Assembly (NCBI GenBank): GCA_039680575.1
Contig: JBDKSP010000020.1
Coordinates: forward strand, 9,238-73,237
DNA: 64,000 nt
Reading direction: 5' to 3'
DNA from: Armatimonadota bacterium
Lineage (GTDB): Bacteria > Armatimonadota > UBA5829 > DTLH01
Below are positions 10,321-19,750 of the stretch, in pieces. Made by a program: the position numbers and the translations under genes. The notes beneath the pieces were generated by a model, which did not search any database, was not told the origin of the DNA, and saw only the letters and a program-made list of their open reading frames with translations. Each line of letters starts with the position of its first letter. Position 1 is the stretch's first letter.

Positions 10321-10408
10321 GCATAAACCAATCCCCTAAATATTAAAGCCCTTTTTGAACTTCAATCTCCTGGGTAGACTTTTCATTGTCTGGTTCAGGA
10401 GGATTACT

Positions 10409-11611
10409 ATGCTCAAATCATACAAATATATCATTGTGGGCGGTGGTCTGGCGGGCGCATCGGCTGTCGATGGGATCAGAGAACGGGACAAAGAAGGCTC
10501 GATCCTGCTCTACGGGAGCGAAAAGCATCTGCCGTATGACCGCCCTCCGTTAACGAAGAAATTGTGGTTCGGTCAGAAGAAAGTCGAGGACATCTTCGTC
10601 CATGACAGTGATTTTTACAAAGATAATAACGTTGACCTCGCGTTCGATGTGGATGTTGTCGGGGTGGATGCCTCAAAAAAGAACGTCACGGACAGCAGAG
10701 GCGGCACGTATCTCTTCGATAAGCTCCTTTTGGCAACCGGCGGTGTTCCCAGGGCTCTTGATATACCGGGTGGAGACCTCGATGGGATTTATTACTACCG
10801 CTACCTGGACGACTACCTCAGCTTAAGGGAAGAAGCGACTGAAGAGACGCGAGCTGTCGTCATAGGCGGCGGATTTATCGGTTCGGAGATAGCGGCAGCG
10901 CTCGACATCAATGAAGTAGAAGTAACGATGGTATATCCAGAAGCCTATCTCGTCCAGAGAGTCTTTCCCGAAGGTCTGGGGCGAGCGATACAGGATGAAT
11001 ATATCAACCGGGGTGTAAATATCTATTCCAGTGATGTGCCCGTGATGATAGAAAAGCAGCGGGATGTGTTTTTAACTCGCACTAAGGCGGATGTTCTGAT
11101 CGAGTCGGACATAGTGATCGTCGGCGCGGGGATAATTCCATCTATCGAGCTTGCAGAGATGGCGGGACTTACAATCCAAAACGGGATTACAGTGAACGAC
11201 CGTCTCCAGACATCGCATCCCGACATTTATGCTGCTGGAGATAACGCCTATTTTCCTTACGCGGCTCTCGGCGAGATGATGAGGATCGAGCACTGGGACA
11301 ACGCGATCAACCAGGGGCGTCATGCCGGGCTCAATATGGCCGGAGCAGATGAGCCTTATACTTATATGCCTTATTTCTTCTCCGATCTCTTCGATTTCGG
11401 CTACGAGGCAGTAGGGGATATCAATTCGAAGCTCGAAACATACGCGGATTGGCAGAAACAATACGATACCGGGGTCATCTACTACTTAAGAGACGGCAAA
11501 GTCAGAGGCATGATGATGTGCAACGTATGGGAAAGGGTAGAAGACGCGAGAAGTATCATCAGAAACGGCAGACAGATTCTACCGGAAGCCTTAAGAGGTG
11601 CGATTACATAA
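10409..11611 (+). CDS. FAD/NAD(P)-dependent oxidoreductase (ferredoxin reductase/AIF-like)
   Basis: GGGLAG, PYDRPPLTK, GGGFIGSE, YAAGD, PYFFSD. Confidence 0.9.
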   Translation: MLKSYKYIIVGGGLAGASAVDGIRERDKEGSILLYGSEKHLPYDRPPLTKKLWFGQKKVEDIFVHDSDFYKDNNVDLAFDVDVVGVDASKKNVTDSRGGTYLFDKLLLATGGVPRALDIPGGDLDGIYYYRYLDDYLSLREEATEETRAVVIGGGFIGSEIAAALDINEVEVTMVYPEAYLVQRVFPEGLGRAIQDEYINRGVNIYSSDVPVMIEKQRDVFLTRTKADVLIESDIVIVGAGIIPSIELAEMAGLTIQNGITVNDRLQTSHPDIYAAGDNAYFPYAALGEMMRIEHWDNAINQGRHAGLNMAGADEPYTYMPYFFSDLFDFGYEAVGDINSKLETYADWQKQYDTGVIYYLRDGKVRGMMMCNVWERVEDARSIIRNGRQILPEALRGAIT

Positions 11612-11646
11612 TAGTGTCATATTAAGCGTGCAACAGGAGGTTCGTT

Positions 11647-11967
11647 ATGAGGCTCGCAGAGGAGAAAACGATTCCGACCAGGGCAGGATCTTCACCGCTG
11701 CCGCTCGAAGACGCGGAAGACCTGTCCATACAGGTACCGGAATGGATACTGGAAGATAATAAGATCGTCCGGGAGTACAAACTGAAGGACTTCAAGAGCG
11801 CCATCGACTTTGTTAATGATGTAGCTGATATTGCGGAGACCGAAGACCACCACCCGGACATCTGCATCAGCTACAACAAGGTGAAATTAGAACTCTCGAC
11901 GCATAAAATCGGCGGACTTTCCAGAAATGACTTTATTTTAGCGGCAAAAATAGATAAGCTATTGTAG
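11647..11967 (+). CDS. phhB: Pterin-4a-carbinolamine dehydratase
   Basis: EDHHPDI...STHKIGGLSRNDFILAAKID signature. Confidence 0.92.
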   Translation: MRLAEEKTIPTRAGSSPLPLEDAEDLSIQVPEWILEDNKIVREYKLKDFKSAIDFVNDVADIAETEDHHPDICISYNKVKLELSTHKIGGLSRNDFILAAKIDKLL

Positions 11968-12006
11968 GTGACAGGCATAAACTTATAGACTGCAAAAGGA
12001 GCTTGG

Positions 12007-12753
12007 ATGGGAAAAAGATCGCTTAGAGGGAAAACTGCGCTTATCACTGGAGCTGCAAAGAGAATTGGGCGTGCTACAGCGCTGGCGCTTGCGGGAGAGG
12101 GAGTGAATATCGTAATCCACTACAATAGCTCCGCATCTGAGGCAGAAAAGCTTGTAATGGAGCTCGCCGAGCACGGAGTCAACAGCTGGACAGTGAAGGC
12201 TGACTTCAGCAATCCGGATGAATACGAGTCACTCTTCCTGCGTTCGCTCGATACAGTTGGTCCGATAGATATTCTGGTCAACAATGCGTCTATCTTCCCG
12301 ATGGAGAAGCTCGACTCGATAACCTTCGATAGCTTTGTTTCAAACATGCAGATCAATGCATGGGTCCCTTTTGTGCTGGGAAGAGCTTTTGCTAAGCACA
12401 TGAGACATGGCATGATAATAAACCTCCTGGACAGCCGTATAAGCGGCTACGATTGGGCGCATGCAGGTTATATCTGGAGTAAGCATGTTCTTGCCGTGAT
12501 GACCAGGATGATGGCGCTCGAATACGCGCCGGATATCGCCGTCAACGCTGTAGCTCCCGGACTTATCCTGCCTCCTCCCGGACAGGATGAAAGCTATCTC
12601 GACCGGTTGGTGCATACGGTCCCACTCAAACGGCACGGATCTGCCGAAGATGTCGCCGATGCGGTCGTATACCTCGCAGGGACGGATTTTCTGACTGGTG
12701 AAGTGGTCTATGTGGACGGCGGCAGGCATCTGAAAGAGTATACGAATGGATAG
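12007..12753 (+). CDS. SDR, pteridine reductase/FolM-like
   Basis: TGAAKRIG, NNASIF, YIWSK; adjacent to folB. Confidence 0.85.
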   Translation: MGKRSLRGKTALITGAAKRIGRATALALAGEGVNIVIHYNSSASEAEKLVMELAEHGVNSWTVKADFSNPDEYESLFLRSLDTVGPIDILVNNASIFPMEKLDSITFDSFVSNMQINAWVPFVLGRAFAKHMRHGMIINLLDSRISGYDWAHAGYIWSKHVLAVMTRMMALEYAPDIAVNAVAPGLILPPPGQDESYLDRLVHTVPLKRHGSAEDVADAVVYLAGTDFLTGEVVYVDGGRHLKEYTNG

Positions 12754-13105
12754 GATATTCATAGACGATATTCTAACCCGGTGTATCATAGGAATCAGGG
12801 ATTACGAGCGAAAAGAGCCGCAGGAGATATTCATAAGCGTTTCGCTTTCTGTAGACCTGAGCAAACCGGGGAAGAGCGACGACTTTGAGTATACCGTAGA
12901 CTACAGCCTGCTTAAAGACTGCATACTTGAGATGGCTGAATCGTCACGTTTTTACCTGATAGAAGCACTCGCCGAGCGCACCGCCGAAACCTGCCTCGAA
13001 AACCCTATGGTGAAGGAAGTTACAGTCACCGTAAAAAAGCCCTCCGCCTTCCGCTTCGTTCGTACCGTAGGCGTAGAGATTACGAGAAAAGGGAACGGGG
13101 AATAG
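12746..13105 (+). CDS. folB: Dihydroneopterin aldolase
   Basis: IIGIRDYERKEPQ, TVDY, LIEALAE, VTVKKP. Confidence 0.9.
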   Translation: MDRIFIDDILTRCIIGIRDYERKEPQEIFISVSLSVDLSKPGKSDDFEYTVDYSLLKDCILEMAESSRFYLIEALAERTAETCLENPMVKEVTVTVKKPSAFRFVRTVGVEITRKGNGE

Positions 13106-13304
13106 CTGTCGGCAATCAGCAGTCAGCCATCAGCTTTAGGACCGCGGAAGGTGGAGATTTTTTCTATGCGGCGGGAACACTGATGGACCGGGGGATCCAT
13201 GCCCCGGTCCCCATTCTCCAGGGCATCTATTGTATGTTACTGCTGCGGGAATTAAATATGTGCAAATCAGTAGATTATACAGACCTGCCATTCCCGCAAC
13301 ATAC

Positions 13305-13341
13305 CCCTCATCCCAGCCTTCTCCCGCAAGGGGAGAAGGGG
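13305..13341. repeat. REP-like palindrome
   Basis: cccctcatcccagccttctcccgcaaggggagaagggg; single copy in window. Confidence 0.5.
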
Positions 13342-13490
13342 CTGATTGTGCAAATATCCACCAATCCCATTTCGCGTTTTTCGTGTTCCTTCGTGTCATT
13401 CGCGATTCAAAGTCCCCGGCAAAGTGTAACCACTCTTCGTAAATGGGTATCTGCTGGACTGTATATATAATTCAGATGGAGGTTACACTT

Positions 13491-13904
13491 ATGCCTGAAT
13501 TCGTAGACCCTTTCAAGGGATTAGTCGAGCGAGAGATGTCTCACACTGAGCTGGTACGTGCAATTATGCTGAATATTTCAGCGGAACTTGAGGCTGTGCA
13601 TTTGTATCTGTCGCATATGGACGCTACCAAGAACGAAGACGCGCGGAAAGTCCTATATGATATCGCGCTGGAAGAAATAGTCCATGTCGGAGAGTTTACA
13701 AGCCTTTTGTACCGTCTCGATCCCGTCTCGGCAGCGAAGGCTAAAGAAGGCTTTGAAGAGGTAGCCGAGCTTTTAGGCTCAAAAGCGCCCGGAGAACCGG
13801 CTGGAGTAGAAGCTGCAGCAGAATCGGGTGAGGGAGCCGAGCAAGTTACATCAGCGCCAACCGGGCTTACCGTCGGAAGTCTCATTGGCCGCGAGCAGAA
13901 GTAA
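13491..13904 (+). CDS. Ferritin-like protein with C-terminal encapsulin cargo-loading peptide
   Basis: ELEAVHLY...EEIVHVGE diiron motifs, A/E/G/P-rich linker, GLTVGSLIG near the C-terminus. Confidence 0.82.
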   Translation: MPEFVDPFKGLVEREMSHTELVRAIMLNISAELEAVHLYLSHMDATKNEDARKVLYDIALEEIVHVGEFTSLLYRLDPVSAAKAKEGFEEVAELLGSKAPGEPAGVEAAAESGEGAEQVTSAPTGLTVGSLIGREQK

Positions 13905-13916
13905 AGGAATCCGAAA

Positions 13917-14441
13917 ATGCTTAAGCGAGTAATGATTGTGGCGCTGATACTCAGCTTTATCCCTGCAGTAGCAGAGCGGCAAAGGGAAAGGCCTGACAAT
14001 AAGTATAAGGAATGGCCGATGGTTCACCTGGATTGCGGGACTTTCCCTGCGGTCAGAATCATAGTTGCAAGGCAGGAGACGGAAGCCCGCGGATTTATCC
14101 GTAATGGACGGAGCTTCCTGCCCGCACGTGAAGCTTTGGAAAGGTTGGGTGGAAAGGTGACCTGGGTCCAGTCGCAAAAGGCGTTCTATGCCCGGTTCCC
14201 ACGCAGAGATAGGACCGTTCGAGTCACTGTAAGATCGAGAAATATGCGGATTTATAGATATGACATGGATAAGAAATACAGCGCAGGACGGTTGGTAAGA
14301 ACAGTGCGGCTAGACGCCGCACCGTTCGTCTGTGAAGGCCGTGTTTTTGCACCGGTAAGAACGGCTGTGGATGCAGTAAGCGGCAAAATCACCTACGACA
14401 GAAAGTCCAGAACCGTTTATATCACTCCTCCCAGAAGCTAA
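13917..14441 (+). CDS. Exported protein with copper amine oxidase N-terminal (stalk)-like domain
   Basis: GRSFLPAREALERLGGKVTW and GRVFAPVR...GKITYD motifs. Confidence 0.7.
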   Translation: MLKRVMIVALILSFIPAVAERQRERPDNKYKEWPMVHLDCGTFPAVRIIVARQETEARGFIRNGRSFLPAREALERLGGKVTWVQSQKAFYARFPRRDRTVRVTVRSRNMRIYRYDMDKKYSAGRLVRTVRLDAAPFVCEGRVFAPVRTAVDAVSGKITYDRKSRTVYITPPRS

Positions 14442-14483
14442 AGGTCTGGTGAGCAGACTGAGAGCAGCTATTACCGTTTTTTA

Positions 14484-15923
14484 CTATATATCGGCCGGTT
14501 CATGAAAACCCTCATGGACCGGGAGCATATCTACCGGATCGTGTATTATCTTTATCTCGCGCCACTTACCGCTCCGGTAACGCAGGTAGAACACAAAGAT
14601 GAAGATCAGCATCCATGCGACCAGCGCTGTCCATGCAAATTGCGCAGAGGCATGCATCACATTGAACATAACGTAGAGTATTACAACCATCAGCCAGTGA
14701 AGAGTTACCGATATACTCATCGCCCAGAATGTGTCTCCTGCGCCGCGAAGCGCTCCTGTGAATGCAACCATCGTTGCTTCAGCAAGCACATAGACAGCAA
14801 CGAGGCGCACCATGAAAAGCGTCAGCGGCATTGACTGTGCGAAAACGGTGTCGTTGACTTCCGGTCGGAATACATTGACAAGCGCGTAAGGAATTGTCAG
14901 GAACATAATCAGCATAACGCAAGAGAACATCGAACCTATTTTTATCCCTGACATCGCTGCAGTGTGAGCCGTATCCGGTTGCCTTGCTCCCATGTAACGG
15001 CCGACCAGACTTGTTACCGCGATTTCCACTCCAACAAGTGGAATGAAAGCCACCATATCCCAATTCAATGTCACAGAGGCGGCGGTAGCGACTATCTGCC
15101 CCTGTGAATCGAAGAGCGTGACCATAACGGAAAATGCGGCAAGATTGAGGAAGAACTCCAACCCCGCCGGATAGCCGAGCTTCAGGAGTTGGCGCATAAT
15201 CGAGAGATCTATCCTGAACGAATCTTTGACACCGTATTCTCTGCGCGTTTTTCCGAAGAAATAAGCCGCAGCCAGAATCAGGAGTCCGCAAACGCCTCCG
15301 GTGATTGTCCCGTACGCAGATCCTCGTATTCCCATGGACTGCACTCCGAAATGTCCCAGGACAAGTACATAATTGACTCCCACATTTACTACCATCGCGG
15401 CTGCAGAGGCAATCATGACAATCCGGGTTTTGCCAATACCTGAAAAGAAACAGCCAAGCGCGGAACGCAGCAATCCTACGATGGACGCATATATCAGAAT
15501 GTTGAAGAATATCGTCTGCGGAACAAGTTGCTCAGGGGCAATTCCTGATGAGCGAAACGATGATCTAACCAATGGAGCGAGCAAGAGTATTATCGGGTAA
15601 GCCAGCACCGCGATAACTGCTGTCTGTGTCACTACTACCGAGCAGTTGCGTTTCTGACCGGAACCGAAATATTGCGCGATTAATGCTGTACCATATCCTA
15701 TTAGCCCCAGGAAAAAGGTGGACATCAGAAAACTCATCAATCCACCGCAGAGCGCTGCATTCATGTGCTCTGTGCCCAGTTTTGAAAGAAAGAGCCTGTC
15801 GGTAAATGTCATTACCGTATCACAGGCATTCGATGCCATCATTGGCAGTGCTATAACCAGCAGTTCTCTGATACTGCCGGGTGAATATCCTGAATTGTTC
15901 TTCTTCAATGCTTTTGTTGCCAT
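14484..15923 (-). CDS. MATE family efflux transporter
   Basis: About 12 TM segments, ALPM...TDRLFL, ALRGAGDT. Confidence 0.92.
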   Translation of the reverse strand: MATKALKKNNSGYSPGSIRELLVIALPMMASNACDTVMTFTDRLFLSKLGTEHMNAALCGGLMSFLMSTFFLGLIGYGTALIAQYFGSGQKRNCSVVVTQTAVIAVLAYPIILLLAPLVRSSFRSSGIAPEQLVPQTIFFNILIYASIVGLLRSALGCFFSGIGKTRIVMIASAAAMVVNVGVNYVLVLGHFGVQSMGIRGSAYGTITGGVCGLLILAAAYFFGKTRREYGVKDSFRIDLSIMRQLLKLGYPAGLEFFLNLAAFSVMVTLFDSQGQIVATAASVTLNWDMVAFIPLVGVEIAVTSLVGRYMGARQPDTAHTAAMSGIKIGSMFSCVMLIMFLTIPYALVNVFRPEVNDTVFAQSMPLTLFMVRLVAVYVLAEATMVAFTGALRGAGDTFWAMSISVTLHWLMVVILYVMFNVMHASAQFAWTALVAWMLIFIFVFYLRYRSGKWREIKIIHDPVDMLPVHEGFHEPADI

Positions 15924-16305
15924 ACGTATCCCTTTATTATTGTTTCACGGAAAACTCGCTGCCGGAAAAGTCAGCCGGATATACCGGACGACTTTAACCG
16001 ATGAGAAAGCACAGTGGTTTACGAAAATGTGTTGCAGCTAGCTTACAGCTCATACGGTAGCGATTACCAAAGCTGTAATGCTCTAGCGGAGTATATGTTG
16101 CCGGGTATTATGATAGGGTCAAATTGTGAGTTTCATATTATATACCCTTCTGCTTTTCTGAATAAATATCCTTCATGTTATTGCACTGATATAGATAAAT
16201 ATTTAATCGTCATCGAATCTATATGTAGTTGAGAATACTGGAATGAAAAGCAGGTAAATATGGGAAGTGTATTATCAACCGGAATTTCGGATAAGGAGCA
16301 AAAAC

Positions 16306-16566
16306 ATGGACAGAATGGTGCGAATGACTGTGTATTTTATTGATGGCACAAACCTTATCGTTGAGTATCCCAAGCAGGCGGGCAATGATGCCATGACTAT
16401 AGCCGCCTCCGTCAAAAAAGCCCTTGAAACAGACCGGCTGGCACTGGAAGTGGATGGAGACCTTATGATGATCCCCGGACAAAACGTGAAGTACCTTCGC
16501 CTGTCTCCCGGACCTGATGAATTGCCTGAAGGCAAGGTCTTGAGGGGCGCTCGGATTATAGGTTAA
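16306..16566 (+). CDS. Small hypothetical protein
   Basis: ATG after aaggag; 86 aa. Confidence 0.6.
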   Translation: MDRMVRMTVYFIDGTNLIVEYPKQAGNDAMTIAASVKKALETDRLALEVDGDLMMIPGQNVKYLRLSPGPDELPEGKVLRGARIIG

Positions 16567-16647
16567 GTAAAGAAGAATCTGCAGAGTTTTGGCTTGAGAT
16601 GTAATGCATATTTGTTGCATCAATTGCCAAAACTCTTTCGATACGCT

Positions 16648-18351
16648 TCACTGGGCCATTTTATTTCTATTCCTGAAAGCGTCTACAGCGGACCTGACGC
16701 TCCTGAAGATATGATCTTCACCGATTTTCTCCGCCAGGCCGGTTCGGTCGATCATATCGCGCACCTGTTCATTCGGCCGAGCCAGTGCGAAAGTGATGCT
16801 TTCATTCTTGAGTTCGGTCAACGCCTTATCCAGATGGTCCACAGCGGTTGTGTCGATCATCGGGATGGACTCAGCGTCAAGAATGAACCACTCCGGCATG
16901 GACTCCGACGTAATTTCTCTTGCTCTCGTCCGCAGGTAATCTGCATTGAAGAAAAGTATGGCTGAATCGATCCTGTACATGACCAGCCCGGGTAATTGTT
17001 CTGCCTCTGGATACTTCGCCACATCAAAATAGCCTTCTATGCCTGGGATTTCTCCGAGTATGGCATCAGGAGGCCGAGACGACCTCTTAAGTATCTGGAC
17101 CATTGCGAGAGTTACTGCGACAAGTATGCCAGGGAGCACACCGACCGTGATAACTCCAAGAGAGGTAACGACTGCAAGGAGAAAATCCGGCTTGCTTACG
17201 CTCCAGAGGTATTTCATATAGGGAAAATTGAACAGCCCGACTGCCGCGGAGATAAGCACTGCTCCGATAACAGCTACCGGAAGATAGGCAAGCGGTGCGG
17301 TAAGAATGAGGAGTGCGACCAGCATGACCACGGCTGCGATAATGCCTGTCATCTGGGTTTTCCCGCCAGTGGAATCACTGATGGCTGTTCTGGAGTCTGT
17401 CCCGCTCACGGCAAACCCCTGAGAAATTCCTGCGGCTATATTCGCCATCCCGAGGCCGATAAATTCCTGATTTGCATCCAGGTCATAACCGTTTTTCGCT
17501 GCAAAGCTCCTTGCAGTCACCATTCCACTGCTGAAACCGACAATCGCAATGCCGATTGAACCGAGTATCAACGCTTCCAGATCGTCAAAGCCTGGGTGGG
17601 GGAGCGTAACCGGCGGAAGCCCTGCCGGAACAGTCCCTGCGGCAGCTACACCATATTTGCCGAGGTCCAGGATGGCTGCGGCGATTATTCCCGCGATTAC
17701 GGCAATCAGTGGAGCGGGAATTCTTCGGGATTTTCGTCTCAGGAACATGAGCAGGACAAACGCCGACACACCGACGATAAGCGTCACTATGTTGGTCTGC
17801 CCGATTTTCGAGAAGAAATAAAAAATCGTCCGAAAGAATCCTGTGGAAGGCACTGAGTAGCCGAACAGTTTGCTCAGTTGCCCCGCTATTATGCTGAGCC
17901 CGACCCCGTTCATAAATCCCATAAGGATTGGCCGAGCCAGGAAATTTGCCACGAACCCCAGCCTGATTACGCCTGCAATAACGCATATCAGACCTGTCAT
18001 GAGGGTCAGAGTTGCTGCGAGTCCCACATACTTTGATGTGTCTCCACCTGCAGTGTTTGTGAGCGCTGCTCCAACCAGGACTGCCGTGGCTGCATCAGGT
18101 CCCACAATTAGCTGCCGGGAAGAGCCAAACAGCGCGTATGCAACAAGTGACAGAATGCTTGCATAAATGCCGTAGACCGGCGGGACACCGACGAGTGGGG
18201 CATAGGCGATACCGGTCGGGAGCGCAACGGCGGCTACAGAAAGCCCCGCCACCAGGTCATACTTGAAGAACGACCGGTCGTATCCACGGATCCAGGCGAG
18301 CCCGGGTATTAGTTTCGCAAGCCGAATTCTCTCAGTCATGCGTTTCTTCAA
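16648..18351 (-). CDS. SulP family anion transporter with STAS domain
   Basis: DLVAGLSVAAVALP, GSSRQLIVGP, C-terminal STAS (IDTTA). Confidence 0.93.
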   Translation of the reverse strand: MKKRMTERIRLAKLIPGLAWIRGYDRSFFKYDLVAGLSVAAVALPTGIAYAPLVGVPPVYGIYASILSLVAYALFGSSRQLIVGPDAATAVLVGAALTNTAGGDTSKYVGLAATLTLMTGLICVIAGVIRLGFVANFLARPILMGFMNGVGLSIIAGQLSKLFGYSVPSTGFFRTIFYFFSKIGQTNIVTLIVGVSAFVLLMFLRRKSRRIPAPLIAVIAGIIAAAILDLGKYGVAAAGTVPAGLPPVTLPHPGFDDLEALILGSIGIAIVGFSSGMVTARSFAAKNGYDLDANQEFIGLGMANIAAGISQGFAVSGTDSRTAISDSTGGKTQMTGIIAAVVMLVALLILTAPLAYLPVAVIGAVLISAAVGLFNFPYMKYLWSVSKPDFLLAVVTSLGVITVGVLPGILVAVTLAMVQILKRSSRPPDAILGEIPGIEGYFDVAKYPEAEQLPGLVMYRIDSAILFFNADYLRTRAREITSESMPEWFILDAESIPMIDTTAVDHLDKALTELKNESITFALARPNEQVRDMIDRTGLAEKIGEDHIFRSVRSAVDAFRNRNKMAQ

Positions 18352-18360
18352 ATTATGGCT

Positions 18361-18780
18361 TTAGTATGGACCTTCTCCGGAAAGCATCCCTATGAATACG
18401 AATATCCCAATCAATACTACAAATATAGCGACAATGAAGGACAGCGACCACAGATATCTGCCTTCTTTAACTCCCATCTGGTTCAGGTATATCCTGTGCT
18501 GGATGGCTGCAACGATCAACGATAATGTGCCCAACGCGACCAGCGTCAAACCAAGGTTTCTTGGCGCCTGTGCCCGGACTCTGCCAAATACCTCGATGCG
18601 GCCAAGATATTGAAAGAACTTAGCTAATGTGAACCCGAACCCGATCAGGGAAATGGAAGTCCTGACCCACGCCATTAGAGTCCGTTCAGTGGCTATTATT
18701 GTGCGCTGCCGTGCAAGATTCGTCCTTTCCTCTGCCAGTTGCGTCGATTTATCGGCTTTAGTCTCCTGGGTTTCAGCCAT
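18361..18780 (-). CDS. YidH/DUF202 membrane protein
   Basis: ATERTLMAWVRTSISLIGFGF signature. Confidence 0.88.
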   Translation of the reverse strand: MAETQETKADKSTQLAEERTNLARQRTIIATERTLMAWVRTSISLIGFGFTLAKFFQYLGRIEVFGRVRAQAPRNLGLTLVALGTLSLIVAAIQHRIYLNQMGVKEGRYLWSLSFIVAIFVVLIGIFVFIGMLSGEGPY

Positions 18781-18794
18781 ATGAAGTTGCCTCA

Positions 18795-19586
18795 CTACCA
18801 GTTATATGTGAATCCTATAAACGGTCCATCCAGCAGGACATCATATTCGAACCTGCTGTTTCCGCTTCCTGTATCATGATCATAGTCCAGCCATCTCCAG
18901 CCGAGATTCAACTCCCACATATCGGAGAGAATATATTGGAATCCAAGCACGAGATTCCAGGTGAAATCCGACGCATCTCCTATGCCGAACCCTCCGATAT
19001 CTCCTCTTGTCCAGAATGTCCACTGATCAGAAAGCCTTCGTGTGAGCCTGGCGCCGATAAACGGATCTATCCAGGACTGATCTCCTTCGGCATTAACCGC
19101 CCCTTTTAGCTTCAGCGCAAGCTTGCTGTAGCGAAGACCTCCCAGTAAATCCACTGTTTGTATCCGGCCGGTATTCAGCATTTTCCTGCTCACTTCTAGA
19201 GCTGTCGCAAGCTCGGCAATTGTCTGTGAGTTTTCAAACTCAGCGTCACCCTGCGCTGTCGACACATTATCTTCCAGCTTTATATAAAACAGGTCCGCAA
19301 GGATGTAAGACCGCTTTTTCTGTGCCTCATAGTGAAAAACGGCAGCTCCATCGAGGGAAGAAAGCGCATCCCAGGAGTCCGAAATGCTTATATCGACATC
19401 AACCGGCCTGCCACGCACAACTGCATCACCGTTTTGTGCCGGAAGCCAGAAATAGGTAGTGAAAGACTGCTTCCACTTGTTCGGATCGTTTTCTTTGGCC
19501 TGAGGTTGTGCCTCACAATGCCCTATTGCGCATAACAAGAATAATGCTAACGCTGCCTGGATTAAAATTTCAGGTCTGTGCTTCAT
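18795..19586 (-). CDS. Putative outer-membrane beta-barrel protein
   Basis: Signal peptide, WIDPFIG, GDIGGFG, C-terminal GFTYNW. Confidence 0.75.
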   Translation of the reverse strand: MKHRPEILIQAALALFLLCAIGHCEAQPQAKENDPNKWKQSFTTYFWLPAQNGDAVVRGRPVDVDISISDSWDALSSLDGAAVFHYEAQKKRSYILADLFYIKLEDNVSTAQGDAEFENSQTIAELATALEVSRKMLNTGRIQTVDLLGGLRYSKLALKLKGAVNAEGDQSWIDPFIGARLTRRLSDQWTFWTRGDIGGFGIGDASDFTWNLVLGFQYILSDMWELNLGWRWLDYDHDTGSGNSRFEYDVLLDGPFIGFTYNW

Positions 19587-19750
19587 TCGGCTTTCCTCCC
19601 GGCAATGATTTGCACAATTGCAAGCTGGTAATTACCTATTGGGTTTTGGCAACTCATATAATAAATATGTATTACATCTCAAGCCGAAACTCTTTAGGTT
19701 CCCCCTTCTTTTTCTGCTAAGAAGGGGGACTTGAGACGCATTTTCGAGAT

